Shown in pieces: positions 62,351 through 64,000 of a DNA stretch of 64,000 bases. The position numbers and the translations under genes were made by a program. Position 1 is the first letter of the stretch. Each line of letters starts with the position of its first letter. Source of the stretch: Macrostomum hystrix (Eukaryota > Animalia > Platyhelminthes); contig CATNEN010000001.1 in NCBI GenBank assembly GCA_950097015.1, forward strand, positions 5,766,001 to 5,830,000. Direction: 5' to 3'. The notes under the pieces were generated by a model. That model did no database searches, had not been told where the DNA came from, and saw only the letters and a program-made list of their open reading frames with translations.

Positions 62351-62471
62351 GCCCTAAGAAAGTGACTCCGTCAGGACGAGCATAAAATGCAAAGCAGGCA
62401 GCTGCTAAGTCTGCTCCCACAAAAGCTTCAGCGACAACTCGGAAGATAAGATAAGATTAAAAACATTCGCA

Positions 62472-63760
62472 ATGTGTCACAAGGCAGCTGTTGTTCTCCT
62501 GATTTTTTGCTAAATCACTTCGATCAGCGGCTCTAGTCGAAATTTCGAACTCGTTGCCAACGAAAGCTTCACGATTGACAGCTCGGCAAGCACCAGCGTG
62601 TTCAACGAGTTCGATGTCCGCTCTGAGGGCGACTGTCTGATGAGGTGCCATTAGAGACAGAGAGGCTGCGCTCCCGCCATCACGAATGAGACCAGACGCC
62701 TCTGTCACCTGGCTGTGATCAACAATGAGTCAGCGGGTCGGCCGGGTCCCGCGGGCAGTCACGTGACCAGACAGCTGGGTGGTTCGGTAATGATCTGGAA
62801 GGCGGATGACTTCGATCTGCAGCTTCGAAGTCGCGCTTCAAATATTTTCGATCTTCGTAGTGAGTACTAAATTAAATAACAAGTAATCAACTTTATCAAA
62901 GGAAATTTTAAGTAAAAACTATCGAATATTTACATTAGATAGCAGCACTGGCAGGCTTGTAGTCGTCCAGAACGTCACCGTCAATGCCACCGGCTGCTAT
63001 TACATCGCAGCCTTCGGAGCTGCGGGAGGACGAAGCGTCCAAGCTACCACCAGTGCCGTCCGCCCTGGCAGAGGCGCCTCTGCTGCTGGAACATTTAGAC
63101 TCGTCTATGGCACCCAACTTGACATTGTGGTCGGACATGCGGGTGGCAACTCGACCTGTTTTTTCGGCGCTGGCGGAGGTGGCGGCAGCTTCGTGTACGT
63201 CAAAGACGGCTCCGGCAGCACTCAGCTGCTCGTAGCAGCCGGGGCGGCGGAGGAAGCCCCCACGCTTTTAGCGGTGAGTCGGGAAATGAAATTCAAACTA
63301 TTACTTTGATTTAGCCACGCAGTTTAATCTGCAGTGCTAGTAAACCCAACCTAGGCATGGACGGTTCCGACTCTGATAGCGGCACTGACTCTAATCCGAA
63401 AAGCAGCTCCTACACGGGCCGCGCGGCGGCGTTGGAGGGCAGCCGGGCCTTGTATCTGCAATGCGTCAGTCAATTGACTACTCATGTGGTGGCCCCGGTG
63501 CCGGCTGGAACAGCTCGATTGTGCCCTGTAACTACTCCGACTTCGAAGGTCCCGGGCTGAGCCGCATCGACGGCTGGCTCGGCGGTGCACGCAATGCCTC
63601 CTGCAGCATGGGTGAAGGCGGCTTCGGCGGAGGCGGCGGCTGCTGCACTTATCCCCTTTGGGGTGCCAGCGGCGGCGGTGGCGGCGGCGGCTGTGTCACC
63701 ATCGCGGGAGCCAACTTGGAGCTGCACGGGCGGGTTCTGCTGGGCTTTACTGGAGCATAG
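62472..63760 (+). pseudogene. Pseudogenised paralogue of the PAN + ALK-type glycine-rich secreted protein
   Basis: ATG at 62472 (MCHKAAVVLLIFC*), in-frame TAA 62511-62513 and TAG 62652-62654; exons 62472-62859, 62939-63273, 63355-63760; frameshifts near 63243 and 63421; shared GLSRIDGWLGGAR and GANLEL.GRVLL. Confidence 0.8.
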
Positions 63761-64000
63761 TGCAATTAAGGCCTCATAGCAACAGTTACTGGCCAAGAGG
63801 AAAGACGATGTGATAGAGTGCTTGGCCTTTGCACTTGACCTTGACCTAGAAATAACTAAAATTTGGAATATGAAATGCACGGTTTGAGACTTAATCTCTA
63901 ACTCGGAAATAGCTTGCCAAAAAGTATCTTATCTGGCGTCAACTCTAGTGTCGATCGTATAAATAGCAAAAAACATTTCTGAAGCAGCGGCTAAAATGAA

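Noticed and set aside
59466-62420. Long Cys-rich ORFs (MQSCPNCAILSKLCNPVQT)n resembling metallothionein or keratin-associated proteins
   Set aside because: They are translations of a 19-bp unit that yields the same peptide in all three minus-strand frames; variants introduce stops freely.

Overview
Eukaryotic, intron-containing invertebrate genomic DNA. The many unrelated minisatellites, tRNA-derived SINEs and gene style suggest a free-living flatworm such as Macrostomum (inference, not proven). Minus strand: an intronless neuropeptide-type class A GPCR with degenerate DRY/NPxxY motifs, a 4-exon arginase, an 8-exon dishevelled, two copies of an intronless DEG/ENaC channel in a ~6.2-6.6 kb tandem duplication, and a 5-exon DEPDC7/DEPDC1-like gene whose last exon is also duplicated. 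Plus strand: a 4-exon gene for a secreted PAN/apple + ALK/LTK-type glycine-rich protein with no TM or kinase domain, and a pseudogenised paralogue of it. About 20 tandem arrays cover roughly a quarter of the window (hand estimate). There are also two SINE families and decayed transposase/integrase relics. Exon boundaries were derived by hand from GT/AG sites, phase consistency and remembered family motifs; no database searches were run.
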